Notes under the pieces: model-generated | Seen by the model: the letters and a program-made list of their open reading frames with translations, nothing else | Databases searched by the model: none | Told to the model about the DNA's origin: nothing | Shown here: positions 18,806 through 27,871 of the stretch, piece by piece | How positions within the stretch are numbered: the first letter of the stretch is position 1 | Layout of the letters: each line of letters opens with the position of its first letter | Sequence record: OP557969.1 | Direction: 5' to 3' (one strand) | Length of the DNA: 64,000 nucleotides | Translations under genes and position numbers: made by a program

Positions 18806-19654
18806 ATGGAGGATATAATGGCGAATTTAAAACTACTACAAGAAGCAATTGCGGCGTTTGCAAATGGCGAGCAAGATATTGCTGATAAAAAAATGCGTAA
18901 GTATTTTGTTGAACAAGCACAAGAAATTAACAAAAAGCTAGAAGAAAGCATGGAAGACGAAGAAAGCATTGAAGATGAAGACGTCGAAGATGAAGAAAAG
19001 CTTGATGAAGATTTTGACGTACAACCAGATGCAGGTCTTAATGCAGAAATCCAATACACCCTTGGTGAAGAAGATGAAAGTGCAGAAGACGAAGTTGAGA
19101 TTTCTGCTGATGCAGATGCCGATGGTGAAGATGATGTTGATGTTGATGTAAAAGCAGATGCTGAAGTTCCTTCTGAAGATCAATGGGAATCAATTCAAGA
19201 TGCTTTCCGTGGTCTACAGCAAATGTTTGATGAAATTGGTGATGGTGAAGTTGACCTAGACTCCGATGAAGAAGTCGAAGATAGTGAAGAAGAAGTTGGT
19301 GTTGATGGTGATGATGAATTCGCTGATATTGAATTTGGTGATGAAAAAATCGGTGAATCATTCAAACTAGAAAAAGTTGCACCAGTTGATAAGAAAGAAA
19401 AAGCAGGAACTCATACTAAATCACCAGTTGCACCAGAAGCTAAATCACCAGTAGATGGTGTAGAACCAGTTAAATTCGCTAAGAAAACTGATCAAGCACC
19501 ACTAGTTGATCTTGATGATAAATCTGTTCTACCAAAAGATAATCTAGATCTTGGTAAAAACGCTCGTGGTGAAATGAAAGATGTCAAAGAACCAAAAACT
19601 ACTGCATCTAAGTCCAAATCACCACTAAGCAAAGCACAACCTAAACTAAAATAA
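18806..19654 (+). CDS. Acidic prohead core/internal protein (gp67-like position)
   Basis: 282 aa, very Asp/Glu-rich, with LEES and IGES putative cleavage motifs; directly upstream of the protease. Confidence 0.65.
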   Translation: MEDIMANLKLLQEAIAAFANGEQDIADKKMRKYFVEQAQEINKKLEESMEDEESIEDEDVEDEEKLDEDFDVQPDAGLNAEIQYTLGEEDESAEDEVEISADADADGEDDVDVDVKADAEVPSEDQWESIQDAFRGLQQMFDEIGDGEVDLDSDEEVEDSEEEVGVDGDDEFADIEFGDEKIGESFKLEKVAPVDKKEKAGTHTKSPVAPEAKSPVDGVEPVKFAKKTDQAPLVDLDDKSVLPKDNLDLGKNARGEMKDVKEPKTTASKSKSPLSKAQPKLK

Positions 19655-19674
19655 ATATCTGAAAGGAGATCATT

Positions 19675-20298
19675 ATGAGTAGTATGATTCGTGAATGGTC
19701 TTCATTCAATGATTCTAAAGTTGTTTTGGAACATCGTGATAATGGATTTGGTGGGCGTGATTGCTATCTTCGTGGCATTGCTATTCAAGCTGACCAACGA
19801 AATTTGAACGAGAGAATTTACCCTTTATCTGAAATTACAAGGGCAGTAAATAACATGAACCAGCGTTTAGCTAAAGGTGAAAGCATTCTTGTTGAATGTG
19901 ACCATCCAGAAACATTAACTATTAATCTGGACCGAGTAGCAGCAATGATTACTAAGGTTTGGATGGAAGGTGCTAATGGTATGGCAGAAATCAAATTACT
20001 TGATACTGCACATGGTCAAAATATCCGTAAAATGCTAGAGGCTGGTGTGAAACTTGGTGTAAGTTCTCGCGGTTCCGGTAACGTTGATTATAATGGAATA
20101 GTTTCTGATTTTGAAATTATCACTATTGATATTGTTGCTCAACCTAGTGCTCCAGAAGCATACCCAACAGCGGTATTTGAATCTCTGATGAGTAAGTACG
20201 GATCACCTTGTAAAAGTTCTAAAAAAATCACTGAATCTAAAAAGGTAAATAACTTAGATTCCGAAATATACGATTTTTTCAAGAAATTAAAAGGTTAA
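19675..20298 (+). CDS. gp21: Prohead maturation protease, gp21-like
   Basis: RNLNERIYP, ECDHP, LGVSSRGSG, DIVAQPSAPEA motifs. Confidence 0.93.
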   Translation: MSSMIREWSSFNDSKVVLEHRDNGFGGRDCYLRGIAIQADQRNLNERIYPLSEITRAVNNMNQRLAKGESILVECDHPETLTINLDRVAAMITKVWMEGANGMAEIKLLDTAHGQNIRKMLEAGVKLGVSSRGSGNVDYNGIVSDFEIITIDIVAQPSAPEAYPTAVFESLMSKYGSPCKSSKKITESKKVNNLDSEIYDFFKKLKG

Positions 20299-20309
20299 CA
20301 TTTTAAAAA

Positions 20310-20317
20310 TATAAATA
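20310..20317 (+). promoter_or_regulatory. Late promoter TATAAATA (scaffold gene)
   Basis: Exact match in the intergenic gap. Confidence 0.7.
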
Positions 20318-20364
20318 TCTGTATATTGAAGTACAGATATTTCAGTACTTAAAGGAGAGAACGA

Positions 20365-21480
20365 ATGTCTAAATTAGAAAAGCTTCTAAAAGAATCATCT
20401 CTTTCTGATGAGGCAAAACAGCTAATTCAGGAAGCATGGAATGAAGAAAAGAATACACTAGCCGCAGAGATGCGTGAAGAAATGAAAGGTCGTTACCAGC
20501 AGGATTTGGCTGAACTAACTGAAGGTTTGAACACTATGGTTACTCAAGTCATTGCTGAAGAAATGGGTGCTGTATATGAAGAGAAAAAACGTCTTGTTGA
20601 AGATCGTGTAACTCTACGTAAAACACTAAGCAATTTCTCTGCGTTTTCGAACTCTGTATTGGCAGAAGAAGTTAAACAAATGCGTAAAGAACGTAAGCAT
20701 CTTCATGAATGTATGGGTAAATTTGTTAATTTTTCTAACGGTATCCTAGCAGAAGAGCTAAAAGAATTCCACAATGAAAAACGTCAACTAGTTGAAACAC
20801 GTGTAAAACTACTTGCTGAAGGTTCACGTCAAATTGCTGAAGCTCGTAATAACTTCATCAAACGTACATCTGAAAGTGCTGCTAAATATATTGCAGAGAC
20901 AACTCAGAAGAATCTATATGCGTTGAAACAAGATCTAGTGGAAGCGAAACAAAATATGTTTGGTCGTAAAATCTTTGAAGCATTTGCTCAAGAATTTAAT
21001 GTCAAACAATTCAATGAAAATTCATTGCTACGTTCACTAACTGAAACAATTAAATCTAAAGAAGATGAAATTGATCAAGTTAAGCAAGAACTACATGAAA
21101 CTGTTAATGCGGTCAAAGCTGCTAAAACTAAACTACGTATTATGGAAGATGCACAAGCCCGTAATGCGATTATGTCTGAACTAGTAAAACCACTAACAGC
21201 ACAGCAAAAACAAATTATGGAATCCCTTCTAGCAACTTCACCTACTGAAAAGCTTAAAGAAGATTTCAATAAGTACCATAAGTCAGTACTTAACGGTACT
21301 AAAGTAAATGAATCTGCTACCACTCGTCAAGCAGTTCAGTCTTCCGCTAAGAAAACTCTTGCAGAAGGTAAAGTGATCACTGGCAACCGTCAGGCTATTG
21401 TTGAAAGCGAAGAAATGACCGCTGACGATATGGCATTCCTAAAAGAACTTGATGTTCTTTCTGGTATCAATAAAAAATAA
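20365..21480 (+). CDS. gp22: Prohead scaffold protein, gp22-like
   Basis: 371-aa Glu/Lys coiled coil between protease and MCP, with several xxES motifs. Confidence 0.8.
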   Translation: MSKLEKLLKESSLSDEAKQLIQEAWNEEKNTLAAEMREEMKGRYQQDLAELTEGLNTMVTQVIAEEMGAVYEEKKRLVEDRVTLRKTLSNFSAFSNSVLAEEVKQMRKERKHLHECMGKFVNFSNGILAEELKEFHNEKRQLVETRVKLLAEGSRQIAEARNNFIKRTSESAAKYIAETTQKNLYALKQDLVEAKQNMFGRKIFEAFAQEFNVKQFNENSLLRSLTETIKSKEDEIDQVKQELHETVNAVKAAKTKLRIMEDAQARNAIMSELVKPLTAQQKQIMESLLATSPTEKLKEDFNKYHKSVLNGTKVNESATTRQAVQSSAKKTLAEGKVITGNRQAIVESEEMTADDMAFLKELDVLSGINKK

Positions 21481-21518
21481 ATATTTTAAAGCATTTTAAT
21501 AATCAAATTTTTCAGTTC

Positions 21519-21526
21519 TATAAATA
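21519..21526 (+). promoter_or_regulatory. Late promoter TATAAATA (major capsid gene)
   Basis: Exact match 45 nt upstream of the MCP start; RBS AAGGAG. Confidence 0.75.
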
Positions 21527-21571
21527 ATAACATACTGAAAAACGAATATAACATCTTTAAGGAGATATATA

Positions 21572-22747
21572 ATGTCACAACTACTAAATGAATCCAAATG
21601 GGTAGCAGTAAAAGAGAAACTAGTTGAAGGTCTACAGGGTACTCGTAAGTCTGTAATGGAAACTGTTCTTGATAACCATCGTAAAGTTATGCTAACTGAA
21701 TCTGCAACTTCTGGTGCAACTACTGCTGGTAACATCGCTACTCTAAACAAAGTGATTCTACCAATTATGCGTCGTGTAATGCCAACTGTTATTGCGAACG
21801 AAATTATCGGTGTTCAACCAATGACTGGTCCAGTTGGTCAGATTCACACCCTACGTGTGCAATATGCTGATAATGCACCTGGTGTTATTGCTGGTGAAGA
21901 AATGCTTTCTCCATACAAAATTGCAAAATCCTACTCTGGTGAACTAAATTCTGATAATAGCAACCCACAAGCTGCTCCTACTAGTCAACTAGAAGGTACT
22001 ATGGGTCGTCGCGTAAATATCCGTATCCTACGTGAAACTGTTGAAGCGAAATCACGTCGTCTATCTGCACGTTGGACTGTTGAATCTGCACAAGATGCAC
22101 AATCTCAACATGGTGTTGATGTTGAAGCTGAACTAATGGCAGCAATTGCACAAGAAGTTACTGTAGAAATCGACCAAGAACTACTAAGCCGTCTACGTGC
22201 ACTACCAGGTGCTGCTGCTGTAACTTATGACCAATCTAAAGTTACCGGTGTTGCAACTTTCGTAGGTGATGAACACGCTGCTCTAGCTACCCTAATCAAC
22301 CGTCAAGCTAACGAAGTTGCTCGTCGTACCAAGCGTGGTGCAGCAAACTGGGCCGTTGTTTCCCCAACTGCTCTAACCATTCTACAGTCTGCAACTACTT
22401 CTAGCTTTGCACGTACCACTGAAGGTACTTTTGAAGCACCAACTAACGTTAAGTTTGTAGGTACTCTAAACAGCACCATGCGTATCTTTGTTGATACCTA
22501 TGCAAGTGATTCTGAAGATATCCTAATTGGTTATAAAGGTAATGCTGAAACTGATGCTGGTGTATTCTATTGCCCATACATCCCACTAATGGCATCCGGT
22601 ACTGTTATGGACCCTAACACTGGTGAATTGGTTACAACTTTCCTAACTCGTTATGGTTACGTACAATTGACCGACAGCACTTCCTCTCTTGGTAACGCTG
22701 CTGACTACTATAGCAAAATCGCTATCAAAAACGTTACTTTCATGTAA
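21572..22747 (+). CDS. gp23: Major capsid protein, gp23-like
   Basis: RRVMPTVIANEIIGVQPMTGPVGQI, VEAKSRRLSARWT, ESAQD, EIDQE, YCPYIP, TRYG. Confidence 0.97.
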   Translation: MSQLLNESKWVAVKEKLVEGLQGTRKSVMETVLDNHRKVMLTESATSGATTAGNIATLNKVILPIMRRVMPTVIANEIIGVQPMTGPVGQIHTLRVQYADNAPGVIAGEEMLSPYKIAKSYSGELNSDNSNPQAAPTSQLEGTMGRRVNIRILRETVEAKSRRLSARWTVESAQDAQSQHGVDVEAELMAAIAQEVTVEIDQELLSRLRALPGAAAVTYDQSKVTGVATFVGDEHAALATLINRQANEVARRTKRGAANWAVVSPTALTILQSATTSSFARTTEGTFEAPTNVKFVGTLNSTMRIFVDTYASDSEDILIGYKGNAETDAGVFYCPYIPLMASGTVMDPNTGELVTTFLTRYGYVQLTDSTSSLGNAADYYSKIAIKNVTFM

Positions 22748-22786
22748 TTATAATCGATTTAAAAAAATAATCAAGAAATTAAAAAC

Positions 22787-22817
22787 AAAAAGGGACTCTG
22801 ATGAGTCCCTTTTCTTT
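22787..22817 (+). terminator. Intrinsic terminator after MCP
   Basis: AAAAGGGACTC-TGAT-GAGTCCCTTTT. Confidence 0.85.
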
Positions 22818-22827
22818 TATCTAAATA

Positions 22828-22857
22828 TTGACAAACAGTACTGAAACATGTTATGCT
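22828..22857 (+). promoter_or_regulatory. Canonical sigma70-type promoter for the Hef-like gene
   Basis: TTGACA 22828-22833, 18-nt spacer ending TGt, TATGCT 22852-22857; TAAATA also follows at 22862. Confidence 0.55.
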
Positions 22858-22889
22858 TATGTAAATATAGTAACTATAGAGGAATTTAA

Positions 22890-24488
22890 ATGCTTGGTGA
22901 AATCAAACAGTTTTTGAAGACGAAAAAGTTAAGAGGTGTAAAATCTGCACTTCAAGCAAAACCATTATATGTTGATTACTTAAAAGAAATTTATGGTGAT
23001 ATCGAACTGAATGTTATCATTTACATGGTATTGAATGATATTAAAGAAATTCCAAAAGCAAAATGTGGTAACGATGTAAAGTTTGTTAATTTAATTGAGG
23101 GATTCAGTGACAGATGTAATCTACCGTTTCAGGGAAAAAATAAATGTAAAGTTTGTTCTGTAATGATTTCTGAAAAAAGAAAAAGTACATACAAGAATAA
23201 AACTGGGTATGATAATCCCGGACAGAATCCAGACGTTCGTGACAAGATGTCAAGAACTAATATTAATCGTTACGGAACTACTGTTCCCCAGCAGACCGAT
23301 GTTGTCAAAAAACGTTCAATTGAGACAAATCTTCTTAAGTACGGAGTTGAACATCCCTCAATGTTGGAAGAAAACAAAGAGAAACGCCAAAAAACTGTTT
23401 TTGAAAAGTATGGTGTAGATAATGTACTTAAAACTACACATAAACGCCTTGAAGAACGTTATATGAATTTCAAGAAAAAATATGAATATTCTGGAAAATA
23501 TACATTACTTAGTTCAATTGAAGAGTATGATTCTTCTGTTAATGGTGTTAAAAGTATTCTTTTATGGAAATGTAATACTTGCAACAATACTTTCAATAAA
23601 GTTGCACCGTGTTTAAGATGTCCTAAATGTGAACCATACTCTTCCAGTACTGAAGAAGTTGAATTATATGAATATATTTCATCAATCTATGACGGTGTAA
23701 TTATCCAGAATAGTAGGAATATTATCACAGGTAATGAGATTGATATTTTCATTCCAGAACTGAAACTTGGTATTGAGTTCAATGGTGAGTACTGGCACAG
23801 AGACGAAGTGCGTGGTAATAATTATCATCAGAGCAAATATATTCGTATGAAGGAAAATGGCAACAAACTTATTACTATATATAGTAATGAATGGCGTAAT
23901 AAAACTGACATCGTTAAGCGTAGATTAAAAAGCATTTTAAATACTGATAATAGAGTGTACGCTCGTAAGTGTACTATCGGTTTAGTTCAGAATGATGTAT
24001 GTGATGAGTTTTTGAATACATATCATATACAGGGTAAGTGTAGTTCTTCGATTCGCGTAGGTCTGTATTTGGAAACAGAACTTGTTGCAGTAATGACATT
24101 CGGTAAACCAAGATTTAACAAAGAATATGAATATGAACTACTCCGTTATTGTTCCAAAGATACAGTGGTTGGTGGTGCTTCAAAACTGTTAAAATATTTC
24201 GAAATTACACATGTTCCAAAATCTTTGATATCTTATGCTGATATGAATTGGAGTTCTGGTAATCTATATGAAGCAATTGGATTTCAATTTGTTGAAATGA
24301 CGAAACCTGGATATTTCTATTATGATAAAAAAACAGAAACCACATATTCCAGATACCAATGTCAAAAGCAAAAACTAATATCAAAGTTTGGATTTCCTAA
24401 CACAATGACAGAGAATGAAATGACACGATCACTTGGTTATTACAAAATATATGATTGTGGTAATTTAGTATATAAAAAAGAATACTAA
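22890..24488 (+). mobile_element. Free-standing Hef-like homing endonuclease gene, copy 1 (23-aa repeats + PD-(D/E)xK/Vsr-like nuclease + GNAT/Mom-like C-terminal domain)
   Basis: YG repeats, CxxC-CxxC, EIDIFIPELKLGIEFNGEYWH nuclease motif, C-terminal YARKC...YELLRYCS...GGASKLL...ISYAD...GNLYEAIGF; inserted directly after the MCP terminator. Confidence 0.7.
23202..23426 (+). repeat. Four 23-aa (69-nt) tandem protein repeats in Hef-like copy 1
   Basis: TGYDN / YGTTV / YGVEH / YGVDN start at exact 69-nt spacing (23202 to 23409). Confidence 0.8.
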
Positions 24489-24516
24489 AATACATTATTG
24501 AAACAAGGAGGTTTCG

Positions 24517-24867
24517 GTGTTAACTGTATATATTTTTAAGAAAGAAGAGTACTTAAAGAGTCAGTACTCTAAAATTGAGATTAACGTTCCCTATGGAACA
24601 TTGGTTGGTTATGACGAATCTAGCGAAACCTTGTTTTATAATGATGATAAACTTGACTATAGCATTGATTCATTTATTGAAGATATACTTGATAGTAATA
24701 CAGAAGATATGTTGTATGAAGAATACTTAGATGCGTACAGAGAACGTATGTCAAAGTTACATGCTGATGCTCCAGTACTAAACATTACGCAAAAACCTTC
24801 TGAATTTGAACCACATAATCCGTTTCAACGTTTAATTGATATTGGTTTAAAATTCACTATTAATTGA
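24517..24867 (+). CDS. Hypothetical protein
   Basis: 116 aa, GTG start with a strong GGAGG RBS. Confidence 0.7.
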   Translation: MLTVYIFKKEEYLKSQYSKIEINVPYGTLVGYDESSETLFYNDDKLDYSIDSFIEDILDSNTEDMLYEEYLDAYRERMSKLHADAPVLNITQKPSEFEPHNPFQRLIDIGLKFTIN

Positions 24868-24888
24868 TAGATAAATATCTCCATATTA

Positions 24889-25215
24889 ATGATGGAGATT
24901 GAATCTATGTCACAAATATGTTATGTTATCATAAATTCTGCGTGGCCTGATTATGTTAAGATTGGGTTCACATCAAAATCCGAAATGACTGAGCGTTTGA
25001 GAACATATCAGACAGCTACACCTTTCAGAGATTTTGAGGTATACCATGAGGTGTATTTTGATGATGCACGTTTGGCTGAAAAAGAAATTCATAAAAGACT
25101 AAAGCAAATGAATGCAATTAGACAACCGAACACTGAGTGGTTTAAAATGTCTAAAAAGATCGCCGCAAACATTATTGACTCCATAAGGGATGATATGGAT
25201 AATGATATGTTATAG
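24889..25215 (+). CDS. T5orf172/MUG113-type GIY-YIG domain protein
   Basis: CYVI...YVKIGFT...ERLRTYQTATP...AEKEIHKRL...EWF. Confidence 0.8.
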   Translation: MMEIESMSQICYVIINSAWPDYVKIGFTSKSEMTERLRTYQTATPFRDFEVYHEVYFDDARLAEKEIHKRLKQMNAIRQPNTEWFKMSKKIAANIIDSIRDDMDNDML

Positions 25216-25255
25216 GAATAAATATAGTATATATTAATCATAAAGGGATTTATAC

Positions 25256-26869
25256 ATGAGCATAAGTTTTAATAACCCACTGGATACAATGACCAGTACT
25301 GGTGCTAATGGTTCTTTGGAACTAATAGTGCTTGGTGGTACACCAACTAACCCAAGACCTATTCGTTTTAATTCATCATCAGTTATTATGCCAGTAAAAA
25401 CATTACCGACTGGTGAACAAGGTGCAATGGTTTTTGATAGAAACGAATTAGTGTTAAAGTATCATAATGGTACTAGTTGGATTGCAATATACGACAATGA
25501 TACTATTTTAGAACCAATTAGGGTTTCGTTGGATGAAGTAAACAGAAAATTAAACTTAAAGGTTGAAAGTGTAACATACAGTAGTAGTTCTGTTCCAAGT
25601 GCAAGTATCAGTGGAACAAACTTAAACATCGTATTCCCTACTGTTTCTAGTGGTGGTGGTTCAGGGCCAACTGGCCTTTATACTTCACTTAAACCTGGTG
25701 TTATCACACAGTACGCATTGACTTCTGGTCAAAACGTTGCTAGTATACGTGAACAAATGTCTGGACAAACCAATGGTCAAAATGGACGAAATGGTTCGCA
25801 AGCTGCTCCATGGAAAACATCAGATGGATGGTGCTTTGCTGATGGTATGTGGTGGCAATGGGAAGGTGAAAATGGCACAGTTACTAAACAAGTACCAAAT
25901 CTTAACAGAAACGCGTATTTAAAAGGGATATCCACATCAGGGGTAACCAAAACGGATAGTGTTATTGGGAGCAGTGGTAACATTAGCGGAACTGTTTTGA
26001 GTGTAGCACAATTGCCTTCACATTCATTTAGTTTTAGCGGAAGAACTGATGCTGCTGGTCGCCACAGCCATAGTCAAGCACTAAAAGGTATGGACCGAAG
26101 TGGTCTAAATGCGTTAACATCAAGTAATGATAACGGTATACCAACAGTAATTAGTAACATTAATGAAGCACCAGACCATGTTCACTCATTTAGTGGAAAC
26201 ACAAACACACTTGGTGGGAATCAGCCACATTATCATGGTATCAGTAATGTTGATGTTGAGCACTTTAACGTGGCATATTTATATAACATTGCAGAATCAA
26301 ACGTAGCACTGAGTGAAAAAGTAGCAAATACGCGTTATGTACTGAAATCAGGTGATACAATGACTGGTTCTTTAACTATTGCCAACAGTGCATCTATTAA
26401 GTCTAATGATACATCATTAGTTCTATATTTCCGTAACGCAAGCGGCGGTGAACGTGCGGCTGTTTACCATAATTCATCAAACAACACGTTGCGATTACGT
26501 TCCGGTGGTGCTGAAGTAGCAGTAAACTCTTCAGGTAACTTGTCTGCTCCTTCATTAACTGTTTCTAATAATTCAGCTACTGTTGGTGGTAAAAATATTG
26601 TTCGCACTATCAATGGTACAGCGGCTGATGGTAATGGTAATGTTTCATTGCAAATTAATTCGAATAACGTACAAAGTATTCGTTTGAGTGCAAGAATTGA
26701 AACAAGTAAAATTCCAGATTCTTCATGGACATACGCACCTGAAGGTGCACTCATGGATGGTGTATGGATTTCAGTGAACGGTAGTTCAGGAACTCATTTG
26801 GAACGTATTAGCTATCGTTATATTCAAATGCAGGTAAATGGCAATTGGGAAACGGTACGACAACAATAA
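25256..26869 (+). CDS. Tail fibre protein
   Basis: Collar-like PNLNRNAYLKG, repeated HxH motifs (HSHS, HVHS, HYH), GDTMTGSL, and C-terminal YRYIQMQVNGNWETV as in P2/Mu-type fibre tips; late promoter at 25218. Confidence 0.85.
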   Translation: MSISFNNPLDTMTSTGANGSLELIVLGGTPTNPRPIRFNSSSVIMPVKTLPTGEQGAMVFDRNELVLKYHNGTSWIAIYDNDTILEPIRVSLDEVNRKLNLKVESVTYSSSSVPSASISGTNLNIVFPTVSSGGGSGPTGLYTSLKPGVITQYALTSGQNVASIREQMSGQTNGQNGRNGSQAAPWKTSDGWCFADGMWWQWEGENGTVTKQVPNLNRNAYLKGISTSGVTKTDSVIGSSGNISGTVLSVAQLPSHSFSFSGRTDAAGRHSHSQALKGMDRSGLNALTSSNDNGIPTVISNINEAPDHVHSFSGNTNTLGGNQPHYHGISNVDVEHFNVAYLYNIAESNVALSEKVANTRYVLKSGDTMTGSLTIANSASIKSNDTSLVLYFRNASGGERAAVYHNSSNNTLRLRSGGAEVAVNSSGNLSAPSLTVSNNSATVGGKNIVRTINGTAADGNGNVSLQINSNNVQSIRLSARIETSKIPDSSWTYAPEGALMDGVWISVNGSSGTHLERISYRYIQMQVNGNWETVRQQ

Positions 26870-26875
26870 GGAAAT

Positions 26876-27391
26876 GTGCAAATGCAACTAACTAATTTTA
26901 AGATGTACGATAAAGAAGATGGAAATCCAAATTCTTTGTATATGATGTCCGATGAAGGCATGGATTGGTATGAATCTCGTGGTCTGTTTGACATTAACAA
27001 AGCCAAATTTATGTATGATGCCAATGGATTGATAGTTTCTGCATCATATGACATTTATGATCTAGTACCTTTGGGGTTTAGTGTTTCTGAAATTGAGTAC
27101 GATGGTGACGTTAACAAACTTTATGGTATGATTTATGATGGTAAAACTATCAAGGAGTATGTAGAAACCAAAGAAGAAAAGATTGAACGTCTTAAGATTG
27201 AATTGGAAAAATTAAAATACTCTGCAATTCAACAGCTTGGGCATTTGAAAACAGCTATGGATCTTGAGTTAGCATCAGATGAAGAAGCTGTATTGTTTGC
27301 AAAATTAAAAGAGTATGTAACACAATTGTCGTCAATTAAACCAGTAGATATGGTCAAAAAAACATTTTCATTTCCAGTCAAACCTGAATAA
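26876..27391 (+). CDS. Tail fibre assembly chaperone (Tfa-like)
   Basis: EGMDWYESR...SVSE and C-terminal LKTAMDLELASDEE...LKEY...FPVKPE typical of Tfa proteins; follows the fibre gene. Confidence 0.8.
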   Translation: MQMQLTNFKMYDKEDGNPNSLYMMSDEGMDWYESRGLFDINKAKFMYDANGLIVSASYDIYDLVPLGFSVSEIEYDGDVNKLYGMIYDGKTIKEYVETKEEKIERLKIELEKLKYSAIQQLGHLKTAMDLELASDEEAVLFAKLKEYVTQLSSIKPVDMVKKTFSFPVKPE

Positions 27392-27395
27392 AAAT

Positions 27396-27424
27396 TGAGA
27401 CAGCACTGAAATGTATGATACAAT
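27396..27424 (+). promoter_or_regulatory. Early/middle promoter TGAGACA-N16-TACAAT with extended -10
   Basis: TGAGACA 27396-27402, TGA then TACAAT 27419-27424; precedes dsbA and the polymerase. Confidence 0.65.
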
Positions 27425-27489
27425 TTAGTCATCTCACCAGCGGTGGTGAGGTGACATTTTTTTTCAAAACAAACATGGAGAAATACAAA

Positions 27490-27792
27490 ATGGCTAAATC
27501 CAAAAAAGAAGTTAAAGTTGAAATTCGTGATCTAAACGATGAACAGCGTAAACGTCTCGGTGATGCACTTAACAACATCGTAGTCCAACTAACTTTTATC
27601 GATGATACTAAAGCATCTTTATCTGATTTTGTTTCTAGTGTTTCAGACGAACTTGGTATTGATGCATCCGATATCAAACAAGCGGCACAACGTATGTACA
27701 AAGGTGATTACTTTGACAAACAAAGTAAACTAGATAATATTGAAACTATTCTAAGTGTTACCAACAATCTTCCACAAGCAGACGATTACTAA
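27490..27792 (+). CDS. dsbA: Double-stranded DNA-binding protein, T4 DsbA-like
   Basis: Start at MAKSKK (RBS GGAG); SDELGIDASDIKQAAQRMYK aligns with T4 DsbA KDELGVDGKMFNRLLALYHK. Confidence 0.65.
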   Translation: MAKSKKEVKVEIRDLNDEQRKRLGDALNNIVVQLTFIDDTKASLSDFVSSVSDELGIDASDIKQAAQRMYKGDYFDKQSKLDNIETILSVTNNLPQADDY

Positions 27793-27815
27793 TTTGTAAT
27801 AAAATATATTAAATT

Positions 27816-27841
27816 GCCTCCATGGACGGAGGCATTATTTT
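27816..27841 (+). terminator. Hairpin/terminator after dsbA
   Basis: GCCTCC-ATGGAC-GGAGGC followed by ATTATTTTT. Confidence 0.6.
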
Positions 27842-27871
27842 TAACTTAATAAACGTAAGGGAATACTAACG

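Noticed and set aside
18938-19361. His/Phe-rich antisense ORFs and apparent GAAGAT repeats
   Set aside because: Shadows of the Asp/Glu-rich coding strand; low complexity rather than a repeat element. The same applies to the many other short opposite-strand ORFs nested in long genes
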